Shown in pieces: positions 51,501 through 64,000 of a stretch of DNA of 64,000 nucleotides. A program made the position numbers and the translations under genes. The first letter of the stretch is position 1; every line of letters begins with the position of its first letter. The notes below the pieces were generated by a model. It was not told the origin of the DNA and did no database searches. It saw only the letters and a program-made list of their open reading frames with translations. This DNA is from Perna viridis (taxonomy: Eukaryota): the NCBI GenBank assembly GCA_037379345.1, contig CM074511.1, positions 20,708,001 through 20,772,000 on the forward strand. Direction: 5' to 3'.

Positions 51501-51705
51501 ACCAGTTATATTCCAAAATGAATATAATGAGGATGAAACTAATCTGAAGCCACAGATACCTGTGGTTATAGACAATTTTGATGATCCTAACACCACCATT
51601 GCAAAGACATCTGGTAGAGGTGTAACTAGTCCTCCTTCATATGTCACTCCACCTCAACGTGATCCACCTCAATACAGGCTACCCCCTCCATATACAATAC
51701 CTTAA
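45515..51705 (+). CDS. Dystroglycan-like type I membrane protein (compact, 481 aa)
   Basis: Exons 45515..45697, 47575..47776, 50645..51705 join in frame (phases 0 and 1). Signal peptide; cadherin-like domain 1 (KDWLLYDPDKQMITVTP); cadherin-like domain 2 (PPAVHRPINHI..KVGRVF...TFVDKEEG...WLKLDETSLTLYGLP...LVAMDS); SEA-like region with the Cys pair (EHCERNQI / FKGSC); TM; PVIFQNEY; and the dystroglycan-type end QYRLPPPYTIP. Confidence 0.88.
46669..47065. mobile_element. TA-flanked MITE (Tc1/mariner-like ends) in the dystroglycan-like intron
   Basis: TA-CAATACATCCAGAGAGTATAGATTCTC ... GAGAATCCTCCCTCTCTGGGTGTACTG-TA. Its right part recurs at 56857-56980. Confidence 0.75.
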
Positions 51706-54700
51706 TTATCTATCCATAAGGGAGCGTCCTTTAAAGTATCATGTTATGAATAAATATTGGCCAGTGTGAATTACTTGTTGACAGCAAATAATATTTTCAG
51801 TCATTTTTTAAAACTTTTCAGTCAAATCCCATCAAATACATTGCGACATATGATTATGTTTTTTTCATGTTTTGAAAACGCCTGAAAAACATATTGCAAA
51901 ATTACAGTGGACAAGGTATTGTTTCAATTATAATCATTAGCACTACATGTATGTGCTAACAGTTTGAGGAGGTAATTCTACATTTATACTTTTATCATTC
52001 TGTAAGTGATTTATATAGAATGTTTATCTATAGAGTAGTGAAAAATGTATTATAGAAATATTACATTGATATAGTGTCAAAACAGAGCATGGGAGAACTG
52101 TTTTTAATACTACTTATATTTTATGATAGATTTGTGAAATGTAATTTTTATTTATTTATACATAATGTTGTATTTAAATGTAATGTTAAAATTGTTTAGA
52201 AATACATTGTGTGTTATTAAAGCCCCTGTATTATAAAAGTTTGGGGCATGTAGGAGTCAATTTGTCAGCCTGTTCTTATATTTACAGAACGTCATCATGT
52301 TTTCCCCAAAATGTAATATGGAATTCAATGGAACATTATTTGAAGGTTGGGCATTATACACGAATTTACATGTAGTTGTTTTGAACTTCGATAATTATTG
52401 GTAGATGCTTCAAAAGGGAGATAATTCAAGTTAGGATTTCACGTATGCACAACAAGGTGCATCACTCAGTTAAATTTCTAATTTTTTAAGACTTTTACAA
52501 GGATAAGGTAACATTTCAGAATTAAGAACACTGGATCTAGATTTTCTTGTATGCACCTATACATCAAATGATAATAACATTTGTTAAGCTGAAAATCTTC
52601 AGAACATCTGAGTGCATTGACTAAGTGACGTCCAAAAGTATTTAATCTTGTTAATGATGTACGATAAGTTCGTCTAGTTTATGTGATGGAACTTTGTTAC
52701 CAGTATGTTTATTTTATTATTATCCTTGGGTTGTTGTCTACCATAGACATTTGGTTTCTGAAGATAATCTGTACCATAAGGTTCGATGAATACCACTGTG
52801 GGAAAGTCAAGTTTGTTTTTGGGTAAAGGCTTTTGCTGTTAAGGAATAAGGGGCAATAGATGATGTGGGAAGAAGCTTTTCTGGTTGCCAGTCAATTACA
52901 TGAGTATAGATGCAAGTGTTGAATTTCCTTGACATTTGTTCAGGGTTGACCTTTGCAGTTGTATCAAGACTGAAGTTTGTGAAGAATTGTTATTTATGCC
53001 CAACCCTTATATGCTGATGTAATGTTAATTTACAAGATCTGTTTGTAATTAAAATGTGTTTCTTGTATTTTTTTTATTTTTTTAAGACTCTCTCTTATTT
53101 TACTATGTGCATTCAGTGTAGCCACAGTTAAGATTTTCTTCATACAATCTGCCCAATCTGCCTGAAGCTTTACAAAAATATGCAAAATATAAGTCTTATT
53201 AAGGTAGTAAATATTAGACAATGTAAAGTCAATGGATCAGTTTCATTACAGTTTACATAAAATAAGTTTATTTTCTAAACTGTAATACCACATTGACATG
53301 ATGGATCCTTCACTTGCTTTCCGTTTGTTTGGTATCTTTTTTAGCTTTGTTTATCTCATCTATATTGTGGTTATGTACATTATAGGGTGGTATACGTTAG
53401 TTTATGAGACAATCTGCAGATCGTTGGGCAATTGCAGTCACACTAGAAAATTCTCTTTCTCCTCGCAAAAAGCTGTGATTGCAATTAGTGAATATTTGTC
53501 ATTATGGTCAATTTTTTACAGCAATATAATTGGAATGAGACCTATTTCTGTAATTGTTCCATTTAGTCATTGCATGTATGATCTAACAACTCTCCAGTCT
53601 ACTTTCTGTCTAAATGACCTTTTCAGAATTATCAGGTTTTTGCCTTTGAATGATGCTTTCAAAATCATGAAAGATGAAATATGATTGGCTGATCGGAAAG
53701 GTCACCAGAACATAAAGTATAATGGAGTGTTGTAGGAACAATTGGTGGATGTAATTAAACACCCCCAGCAAATGAAGTTCGGGGGGGGGTATATTGGTTT
53801 CACTCTATCTGTCTAAATTATATTCTTAGCAGCTTGCAGCATTGTTATGGAATTTTGTTGGATATAATATAATCATATGGAATATACATATTGACAGGGT
53901 TTTATGTTTGGACATGATGACTGTTGAACTGAGGCATTTTTCAGCAAAGTTTAGTCTGAGGCATTGTCCACAACTCCCCCTCAACGACTTGCAGAATTAT
54001 TATGAAACTTTGTGCGTGTTACATGTACATTACCATATTTAGGTGTGCATATCTTCAGGAATTTGTTTGGTCAAAATTTGTAGAAATGATGACCATTTGA
54101 ACTTGAGTATTTTTCAGATTTGGACTTATCCTTTTTTTTAGCAGAACTTGGTCTGGTGCATTCTTCATATCAAAAACATAGTACTGATTGCTGTGTGGAG
54201 TAGGTTGTTTTAGAAATGACAGCAAGCTGTGTTTCAAAAGTGCTTAGTCTATCCACCATAAAGATTATATCCAATATGAATCGTATGTCCACATTGGTCC
54301 TCAAATGTATAGGGTTCAACAGGCTGCAGGGGTATTAGTCCCATTAGGGGCAATGTATAGTTTTAATCAGATTGTTTTACAGGGAATGTTTTCATTCTAT
54401 TTTACTGTTTATTTATTTAAATCATTGTCAATATATCAATTAGGCTAAGTAAGATGTATGCATTCCGTTATGTTACATTCCTTCCGGGTATTTTCATCAT
54501 TTTTTCCAACCTCCTTTTAGTTTCTCCCGAAAATACACACAATAAACAGACCTAGGATAACTGCTACTGCTATTTTTATGCATAGATCCCTGAAAAAGAA
54601 ATTGGGTTAAAAATAGTAAAGAAATTAGGCTCTCCTTAGAAAAAAAGAAACAGCTAGGTTTTATATGAATACAAAATGTCGATAATAATTCGACTGAAAT

Positions 54701-56856
54701 CAGTTTATAATTGACAAGCAATTCAATTTACTAACTCAATCCTGTCGCGAAAGTTTGATAAACTATTTTCATATCTCAACATACGGCATGAATTCAAACT
54801 GTATAATCATTCGAAATTGCGTCTTTATCATAAAACTATATCAGAGTAAGAAATTAATTGAGATCACTTGTACAAAACATGAGGATCGATTTTCAATATA
54901 AACGCATTCATGATAAACATCCAGCCCCATGGTGTATTAAAATATGAACATTTATTCAAAGCATACTAATATTTTATATATTGAAAACAAAACGGATTTT
55001 GCACAAGTAACTCATACTAAAGAAATCCTCCCCAGTTCATTATTATAATCAGTACGACATGCATAGTTTGTATATGCCAAAAGGATGTAAAAAGGGAATT
55101 TTGTCGAATTAATTATAAAAGGAAAATTCTACAAAAAATATTACAAGCGATAACCTAACCATCGAAATAAATTTACCTGGTTTTAGCCGTCTGTGATATA
55201 TACTTCCGATGTTGGTTCGAACCTTTCTTTGGACTAGAATAGTAAATAATGACAGCAGTTGGTCACAAAGGGTAATTATAACACAATTACCGAAATTATA
55301 AACTCTAGACAAAAGCTAGAAGAAAAGGGCGAAAGGAAAGCCTTATAACAGGTGACAATATCAGGACAAAAACAGGAAAATTGGAAACAGGTGCTGTGGT
55401 CCTGACTTGGTACAGGTATTTCTGGTAGTCAAGAAATGATGGATTAATCAGGTTTAGCAGTGTGCTTAACAACTCACTTCCGTTATTATTTTTTCCGACT
55501 TGTGTTGTATACAGAAGGCGTGAAGAAATAAATGATTGAAAGTGAATTGAATGATTACCACGGTTGGCATAATGATGAAAGATCAGCTACCAATGTCAGA
55601 TGAAACAGGAATAGCAAACAGAACACCTTAATCAATGAAGCATCCAGTTCTTTTATAAGAGCTGGGTAAATTAACCTGGGCGCCACCAGATAGGCAGACG
55701 CGGAGACCCCAAAATTATGTAAAAGAATTTTATAAGTAGCAGTCTATAAATATCAGACCAGTGAAGATTCATGTATCATGACAAAAAACAACAATATTGA
55801 CTTTATTTACTTATTTACAGATCACACAGTCATTTTGAGTTTATCATTCGGTTGTTTTATATACGAGTTATATAATTAACCAAAATAAATAGAGTGTACA
55901 TGAAGTTAGCGTTTATAAGAGTTATCGTACTTGATTTGGTTGATTTTTGTTGGATTGTCTTTTACTTTTAGTATTACACTCATCTGTAGAACGAAAAATG
56001 CATAGTTTTGGTTTTATCCATAACTATGAATCAATTTTGGTAGAGTTATATCCACAATTATGATTATTTGTATTTGGTGAGACACATTATCGGTCCAACT
56101 GACTACACAATCCTGATCGGAGTTGTAGGGAGTTCATTTATAGATGATAGACAAGAAAATGTACCGGTAATAAAACCACCAACAACGTTTAGACTTAACG
56201 TCAGCATTTTTTTATTCCGTATTAATTATTTACATTTGTCGTTTTCATTCAAAATAACTAGCTTTATTTTGTAAGGTGATTGACATGTTGATTCGATTAA
56301 TGTTAAGTTTAGCGTTCTGATTCCTCTATCAATGGCGATCGGAATGTTCACTTATCCTTAGTATCATCAAATATTTGAAATCATATACATTTTCATAACT
56401 TATTAAGTGAAAAGAAATGTTTTTAAAAAAACTATCTTTGAAGTTTATAACCTTTATATTAAGGCATCTTATCTTACCTCTGCAGTCTCTTGCGGAGCTC
56501 GTACAATGGTCTTCTTGTCAGTAAAGCACGACCACGTCTGTAAAGAACGAATTATTGGGTAGAGCTACATTCATTAGTTCCTGTTTCGTTCTGCCGATTG
56601 TTTGATTATAAATTTATGTCGTGATAGTTTCGTTTTTAAAAAAGCATTTATTGTTGTAGATGTCTCATTATTTCTTCTTGGCTTTAAAGAGAAATTTAAC
56701 TATTTTAATGCTGGCATTTTTGTTATTTTTTCCTATATTTTTGTTTAATCTGCATCCGTTCAAAATTTTCAGTGTTTATATATATATCGATATGCATCTC
56801 CCATTTTGGAGAAATTTGACTAATTTACAGTTTAATCACATGAAAAAAACTTAGCA

Positions 56857-56980
56857 ATAAAATACTTCCAGAAGGCAGAAATCACTTGGAGGATTTTAGG
56901 AGTTGATTCTGCAAAACTCTGTGATCCACTGGACACCGAAATGAAAGTAAGAGAGTCCTCATCTCTCTGGATGTACTGTA
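56857..56980 (+). mobile_element. Fragment (right end) of the 46669-47065 MITE family
   Basis: AGAAATCACTTGGAGGATTTTAG...GTGATCCACTGGACACCGAAAT.AAAGTAAGAGA...CTCTCTGG.TGTACTGTA is shared with 46945-47067. Confidence 0.8.
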
Positions 56981-57303
56981 TGCATACCCTTTTATTGACA
57001 AATTGGATTAATATTTCATACTTATATTACCTGTTAAACTAAGCGTCATATTGCAGCAGTGTATGCCAGTTATATGTTTAGTGTTCAGATATTTACAATG
57101 AATGTGCTGATAAATGTATGGCAGTGACGAAGATGCAAACATGTTACCAGTCTTGTTTGTAGTGATAGTGACGCATATGTGCACTGCAAATTGTGGTGCC
57201 TTCATTGCTTAAATATTTGGAAGCCATTACATGAACAAAATCAATGTACATGCAATTATTAGAATAAGGTTTCTTCTTCCTTTATTGTGTAATTGTCGGC
57301 AAC

Positions 57304-58251
57304 TTACTTATCCTCTGGAAGGGAATATCTATAACTTTCCTCGTCCTCATCGTCTGTGAATTCGCACCTGTTTCTGTAAATCTCAGCGCTGTTATCTTTA
57401 TTATTCACTTTCTTTGATTTATCTGTTGTGGTTTTTGAATTTCTACCTACTTTCTTCACACTTTCTTTTTGAACTACATCATATCTTTCTTCTTTTAAAC
57501 ACCTGCCAGTTTTCATCGGTTCAACTTTTCTTAACTTTAGTCTTTTGCTCAATGCATTTACTATGACTATGTGTTCATGCAAGTCGGTTTCATAAAGAAC
57601 TACCTCAGATGTACTACTATAGAACACAAGCACCTTTAGATACAGAGTAGAAGGGTCCAGGTCTAGAGCTAGAGAATAAATCAAAACCTGTATAAGAGCA
57701 TGGACTAAATAATCTTCCTCATATGTTTCCCGTTTCATTGTAGAATATTTTATATCACAAACGACAAATGGTGACGAACTTACAAACACGTCTGCTTCTA
57801 GCTTCTTAGTCAGAAATGGGAAGATGTGGTAATTCTTAATGTGATGCCCAAATGAGTAACGTATTGACTTGCTTTTTCTTCCATAGATTTTTCGCACATT
57901 TCGTTGAAATATATCCCATGCTGTCTTGCCGGCATCATTCATGTAATTGCTGTACAATTTCCTTTCCTTTGGTTTGATTTTTGGATAGAGATCCTTAAAT
58001 TTTAGCCAAGGGTCTTCTTTTTGACATTGATTACTTGCTGCTTTCTGTACGGAGTACTCGAATAAATCGCCATGAATATATTTCTGAATCGGAGACTCAC
58101 TTACTGGAATCACGTCATTGGAAATTTCGCCTGAAATCGATTTTTTGGTTGTTATTTTGAATCGTTTGTACTTGTCCAAATTTCCATTGTTCTCTTCCTT
58201 CAGTTGTTTAATGAACTGATGCACTGAAAGTAAGTCGCTAGTACTGCCCAT
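57304..58251 (-). CDS. PD-(D/E)XK superfamily, RecB-type nuclease-like protein (315-aa ORF; probably spliced to small exons 56537..56478 and 55983..55980)
   Basis: Long open frame in AT-rich DNA with ordered motifs HGDLFE65, LEAD154VFV, VVCD166IK168YS and IQ188VLIY192, then a hydrophobic strand LKVLVFY and a Lys-rich/acidic tail. The stop overlaps a consensus donor (GATAA|GTAAGT at 57308/57307). Confidence 0.75.
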   Translation of the reverse strand: MGSTSDLLSVHQFIKQLKEENNGNLDKYKRFKITTKKSISGEISNDVIPVSESPIQKYIHGDLFEYSVQKAASNQCQKEDPWLKFKDLYPKIKPKERKLYSNYMNDAGKTAWDIFQRNVRKIYGRKSKSIRYSFGHHIKNYHIFPFLTKKLEADVFVSSSPFVVCDIKYSTMKRETYEEDYLVHALIQVLIYSLALDLDPSTLYLKVLVFYSSTSEVVLYETDLHEHIVIVNALSKRLKLRKVEPMKTGRCLKEERYDVVQKESVKKVGRNSKTTTDKSKKVNNKDNSAEIYRNRCEFTDDEDEESYRYSLPEDK

Positions 58252-61200
58252 GGTACTAAGAGTGGTGTAAAAGGTATCCGGAAATAATTGCTTTCGTTAT
58301 TTCTATGGGCGAGGTCAAATATGAAGCAAACTTTTATTTGGATTAAGTTGTTTACTTTTGTAATAATGTACATATTGTGGAGTACTATAAAGTCAACAAA
58401 TTTGAAAGGTTTTAGTAAAATCAATAACAATAAACGGATAAGTATCTAAATTTTATACGTATGTGACGTAGACCTGTCCTCTTTTGAGGATATGACGTAC
58501 CAATCATCTTATCTATGTAGTGGGTAAACAAAAATGACGAATACACATCTGCATTAAAAACAAATCTGATTTTTCTTTTTTGGGAATACGAATCGTGTAG
58601 GTTGTCAAACGAAATAGCTTCCTTCAATCAAAATCATTTTTCCAAATAAAAATTATTTCAAGTAATAAGGAATGAGTGAAAAGTAACGAAATGTTTTGTA
58701 TTCTTCATATAATTAATGCATAACGATAAAGAAATGAATATGAGTAAATGTAACATAAAACTGCTTATAAATCTTGTTCTTTGTGAGAATTAAATCTAGT
58801 TATATTTTGGTAATGTTCACTCATGAATCCATCTTTTGAATTAAAATGTACTTGATGATAGACACTAATTCCATGCATCAATCATGGGATCACTATAATC
58901 TTTTTTTTCTCAATACGACGATAAGCACAATACAAAACTTTTTTGGTTTTCAGAAAAGTGTATTTGGTTGTTTCATATATCTTTTAATTCCATCAAAATA
59001 CATGATTTCAACATAGTAGTTTAGTTTTAAAAGTAAAATATGAAGTTGTCTGAGGTTTTGACTAAATTACGTGAAGGATACTTATCTTTATGTAGATACT
59101 GACGATTATCATGAATTCTAGAACAGACATTAACGTTGACATTAGAATGTCAAACATTTGTCCATATTTCTTAAATAACATTTGATGAAAACGATTTTTC
59201 AAGCAAAAAAAAAAAAAAAAAAAAAAGGAAAGAAAAAGACCCTGAAGTTAACGAAACTAAATAACACTTCCATTATCGAATAAGGACATATCATGCCAAT
59301 GTTTGACGTCTGTTTAAACTTTTTACCAAAACAAATGTCGACTATTCAATTAAGTTGATTTGTATAATCGGCCAAAAGATATATCATATTGAAACATAGG
59401 TGGGAGTGTACAGAAAGAAACATAAGGGGTCTATGATAAAAAATATTTGCAATACAAATTTTAGCTAAGAAAAAAAAACCGGCATTCACAACAGAAACGT
59501 GTAGCTATATTGCAATTATCATCTTATCAAGATACGATATACTGAATACAGCTGTGTTGTGTCTCGTGTGCATGTAGATTGCTTCCTCATTTTAGTCATG
59601 CCCATAACAATCTTTATTTACTTGGTTTACTTGTGGTTTTCGATATTTTTTTTTATTAATTGAAACATGAGTACCATATAAGTAGCTTTTTACCATTCAA
59701 AAAATAATGAATAATGATTTTTTTCTTCCACGAGTTTGTGCTATCTTTTAAGGCAATATGTAATAATCAACTCGTAATTTAATACTTTGCAGTATGCCAA
59801 TGGTAGATTTAAGCTGCTAAAAACTGCAAGTGTAAAAGTGTGATACTAGTTAAAAATAACAAATTCACCTGACTTGTATATCCTTATTACAATGGTTTTT
59901 GTTTGAAAAAGCACAAGAAAGGAAAAATAAAAACAGGATGTTTTTAAAGTATTGTTCAAGTGCTACATGACGTTGGGAAAGGAAAACACGACAGTTTTAT
60001 AGTTAGCCGATATGTTTCATATCAATAAAAAATCCATCAATTTTTTTATATTTTTTATCATTATTTTACTTTTTCGCAATTACTTAATAAAATGAAGCAG
60101 TAATAACAAAATAGCTCATGTATTTTGTGCTCTTTTGGTTACCTTAATTAATCTACTGGTTTTAAAATCAATAAACCAACTACTTACTGCTATTTACATA
60201 AGCTTCGATCAGAGCAAGTTTTATCAAAATCCATCAAAGAAATCTTCTTCATAGGCCTTCATTACCAACTACTTACTGACCTCAAGTTTCATCGATTCCA
60301 TATGAGTATTTTTCATTACAATCCCCCACTGGAAACTAAGTTTATGCAGAAGAAACGTATTCTGGAAGATTGCTCAAGAAGCCAAATTTTGTAGCCTCAT
60401 CACTCTTCCGGAAAAAGTCAAAAGAAACATATTCTTAAAGGGTAAAAAAGTTAGGAAATAATTGGAAAACACAAGTGTCTAATATTGCATTGCATACTTA
60501 AACTGTACGAAGTCATCCTGGTATGAAAAATGTGTTGAGTGTTGAAAGAGTACTATTTATGAAAAAAATAAAGATAATTTTATTAATTTGACTGCATAAC
60601 GTACATAGTTCAACTACATCAGACTGTCTTTAATATGCAAGTTGATTTTCGTTTAACAAGTATAACTACATTGTTTATTTTCCATTTTTATTAGACATTC
60701 ATAAAATTCGTTAACTGGTTAAATTTCAGACATTTTATTTTATTTCTGACATTAAAGTTACTTTTAGTATTCTTTTATTATTTTATATAGGACAGAAAAC
60801 AATTTTTTTTATTCATTTATTTATTGTAATTTTGAATATAACAACATTTATGAATGTATGAGGACCACATGCTACTTGAATTGTAAGAAATCATTTACAA
60901 TGATGCTTCACTTATACTATACGACAGTTCATGTGTAATTTATCAGCACAAATTTATCTAAAAAAATCAAATTTATACACAGAAAAAGAAAGTGATGCCA
61001 TTTCAATCAACGTTTTAATGACAATAAAGTTGTAAACATACTTATCACTCTGCAAACTTCCGGTAAATATTTACTAAGGAAATACAACATTTTGACTTTG
61101 ACAGATATTTACGTTTTTTCTCAAGATGATACAATTAAGTTATTGTTGCTTACTTATATTAGATTTTTGACAGATAATTACAGGTTCATGCTAACATTCT

Positions 61201-62122
61201 TTTTAAACAAGATTCACACTGTGTTGAAATTGTCCGTGACTCAAAACAGCATATGTATTTTATCATATGTACACGGTACCGAACTTAAAATCTCATAGGT
61301 TTTTGATAAGGCAAGCATGATTTATGAATAGTTCAATTGTTTTTATCTCAGAGGCATGCCTTAGGTTGCTGATGCATTGTTAAATAGCTATATCTTTCCA
61401 TTTGGTCTGATATCAACTTGTCAAGACTGTGACAAAAATGTATTACTCCTAGACATTTGTATTTGAGTTTTGTTTGTAAATGCACGAAAGACTTTAAATC
61501 ATCAGCTTTTAAAATGAAAATTTCAATTCATTACCAGTCCCAGACAAACCACTAATAGTTGACAATTTCCGTTTTCGACACTTTTAGAAGTATTTTATGC
61601 ATGTTAAACTTGAAAAACAATTATCAAAAGATACAGTCGCATCACTTACGTGACATTTTCAAATACTTTCGTCAATACTTATGCAATGATGGTGCTTTTG
61701 TTATTAGAGTTTAACTAACGAAGACAAAAAATGATCAATTAAAGAAATTTTAACAACTCGCACTATACATACATGCAAAACCAGAGACAGGGATTATATG
61801 ATGTCCGAGTGGTGTTAATTTCATGTTCAGTTTTTTAAAAAAATAGTTGAGCATGGAAAGCGCAATACTCAGTCAAAAGGATATAGTTATTTGGTATTAG
61901 CATTGATTAGCTCTTAGGTTCTTCACCTAGAAACTCGCACACTATATTTAAAAGCAGCTTTTTGGCACAACATGGGTTGTGTATGACTTTTGATGTACCG
62001 GAGTTCTCAACCCTGCCCGGGAAGAAGTAATGTTTGTTTTGTGTCTGTTTTTCATGTCTGGTCTATGTCCTTAGAATACATTCTTTTGATTTCCGCTAGA
62101 ACATTGGTTCCCTTGATTACTC

Positions 62123-63235
62123 CCATACCTACACCTTAATCGACAACTTCAACAATATCTTTTCCCGTACCTACCCCTATAATGACATTTCACCTATGCT
62201 TATTCCCATACCTTCACGTATACCTTTTCCCATACCCACATTTATACTGACTTCTGCACCTATTCTTTTTTCCATGGCTACACTTATACTGACACCTTTA
62301 TCTACATTTTACCACACCTACAGCTTTACTGTCACCCTCACTTATGACCTAAACCTTCAGTAGTGTTCACCTAAATCTTTTCCCATACATACACCTAAAC
62401 TGACACCATTACCAACATCTTTTATCAAACCTACACTTATACTGACTCCCTCACTTATACCTTTTCCCATACCAACACCTATACTTACACCTTTATGAGT
62501 GTTCACCTATACCTTTTCCTATACCCACACCTTTACCGACAACTTCACCAATAACCTTTTTCCACACATATACCTATACCGATACTTTCATCAATATATT
62601 TTAAATACCTTCACCTATACCGACACCTTTACCAATAATTTTTTTCCATACCTACTTCTATACCGACACCTTCACCAATATTTATTCCCATGTATACATG
62701 TACACCTATACTGACACCTTCACCAATATTTATTCCCATGTATACATGTACACCTATACTGACACCTTCACTCCTACTTTTCCCAATGCTACACCTATAC
62801 CTACACCTTCTCCAATACCTATTCTTATACCTACACCTACACTGACACCTTAACCAATATCTTGTGTGTACCTATTTTTTTCCTATACCTACACCTATAC
62901 TGACACTTACGCCAATTGTTTTCCGATACCTTCACCATTACCTGTTCCGATACCTTCACCACTACCTATTCCGATTACTACACCTATACCGAAACCTTCA
63001 CCAGTACCTATTCCCATACCTACACCTATACTGACACCTTCACTAATACATATGCCCGCACCTACAACTACATAAACACATTCACCAATACTTATCCTAA
63101 TGCCTATACCTATATCGACACCTCCCCCAATATATTTTATCATATCTTCACACATACTGACACCCTCACATATACCTATTCCCATATCTACACCTATCCC
63201 GAATCTTCACAAGTACCAGTTCCCATATATAATTC
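62123..63235. repeat. Degenerate C/A/T-rich minisatellite (ACACCTATACTGACACCTTCACCAATA-like unit)
   Basis: Many degenerate copies with strong strand asymmetry, including a directly duplicated ~46-bp unit at ~62666-62770. It generates the low-complexity PIP/TYTY/GIG ORFs. Confidence 0.85.
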
Positions 63236-63932
63236 AAAAATGTAAAAATGTGTGCTGAATTTAAGACATTTCTTCTTTGCATTAAATATTTACCTTTTTT
63301 TTGTTTTGATTTTATTGTTGTCGTTGTAGTCGTTTTTGTTGTTATTATTATTGATTTTTGTTTGTTTGGTGTTCTTTGTTTTATTTTATTTTTGTTTTTT
63401 TAATTTAATTTTGTTTTGTTTTTTTTTTATTTTAGGTGTGTTAGGGTTTGAACCATTTCTTTACTGACACTTTAACTACAACATCATACATATAATTGTT
63501 TCAGTCCATCCTTTTAAGTAATATATTGCACTTTCTGATCTCTGTTTTTTTTTTTCAAATCTTATCGAAGTCGTTGAAGGAATTTCCCTATTGATGACGC
63601 CACGAAAAGTTTATTTAATTTTTTGGAATTGAATAGTAAACTAACTGTCAACTCAGTAGGAACTTTCAGACAAAATTAGATTTTTCCCTTTATAATTGAA
63701 AACCAAGCAGTGTTGTCAGATTTATGATCTATCACGCAATTTAAAAAATCAAAACGATATTAAAGTAATACCTGAATGCTGTTTTTCAAAATGAAATAAG
63801 TTTTTAAAAGACTGGATTTGGGGGATTTCATGATTTAATATTATTTCATATACTTTAAACGAAATAAAGTATAAAATAGTGTGCAATAGCATACATTTTT
63901 ATATAACGGTCATTGTTTCTTTTCTTAGACGC

Positions 63933-64000
63933 ATGGCAACTCATCTAAAACTACTGAATGGAATTCCACGAAACTTAATACTTATTGTACTCTTGCTGCC
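63933..64000 (+). CDS. Probable first coding exon (signal peptide) of the next gene, 3'-partial
   Basis: Strong acceptor TTGTTTCTTTTCTTAG (ends 63928), then ATG at 63933: MATHLKLLNGIPRNLILIVLLL..., open to the window edge. Confidence 0.5.
   Translation, partial: MATHLKLLNGIPRNLILIVLLL

Noticed and set aside
53298-53684. 128-aa hydrophobic ORF
   Set aside because: No recognisable motifs or exon structure; composition is typical of random AT-rich DNA.
62499-63245. Pro-rich or Thr/Tyr-rich ORFs resembling a mucin or adhesive protein
   Set aside because: They are by-products of a minisatellite: several frames on both strands are open briefly, with no splice signals or signal peptide linking them.

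Overview
AT-rich eukaryotic (animal) genomic DNA with spliced genes. The repeat families look like those of bivalve molluscs, possibly a mussel (inference only). Almost all ORFs in the supplied track are spurious or exon fragments. Exons were reconstructed by hand using GT/GC-AG sites and phase continuity. This gave: three paralogous small single-pass membrane genes of CYYR1/Shisa-like type (1..1362 +, partial; 15113..20942 -; 26624..28709 -); two tandem secreted two-domain fasciclin-1 (FAS1) genes with identical exon phases (31417..34463 -; 37553..40206 -); a compact dystroglycan-like gene with no visible mucin region (45515..51705 +); a RecB-type PD-(D/E)XK nuclease-like gene that fits no animal nuclease I recognise and appears to have small 3' exons (55980..58251 -); and the start of another secreted or membrane protein at the right edge. 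Intergenic DNA holds a ~10 kb non-autonomous TIR element (2819..12867), several MITEs, LINE and Penelope-like RT remnants, a SINE-like retroposon family, a perfect 105-bp hairpin centred on a retroposon tail, a 163-N gap and a degenerate minisatellite.
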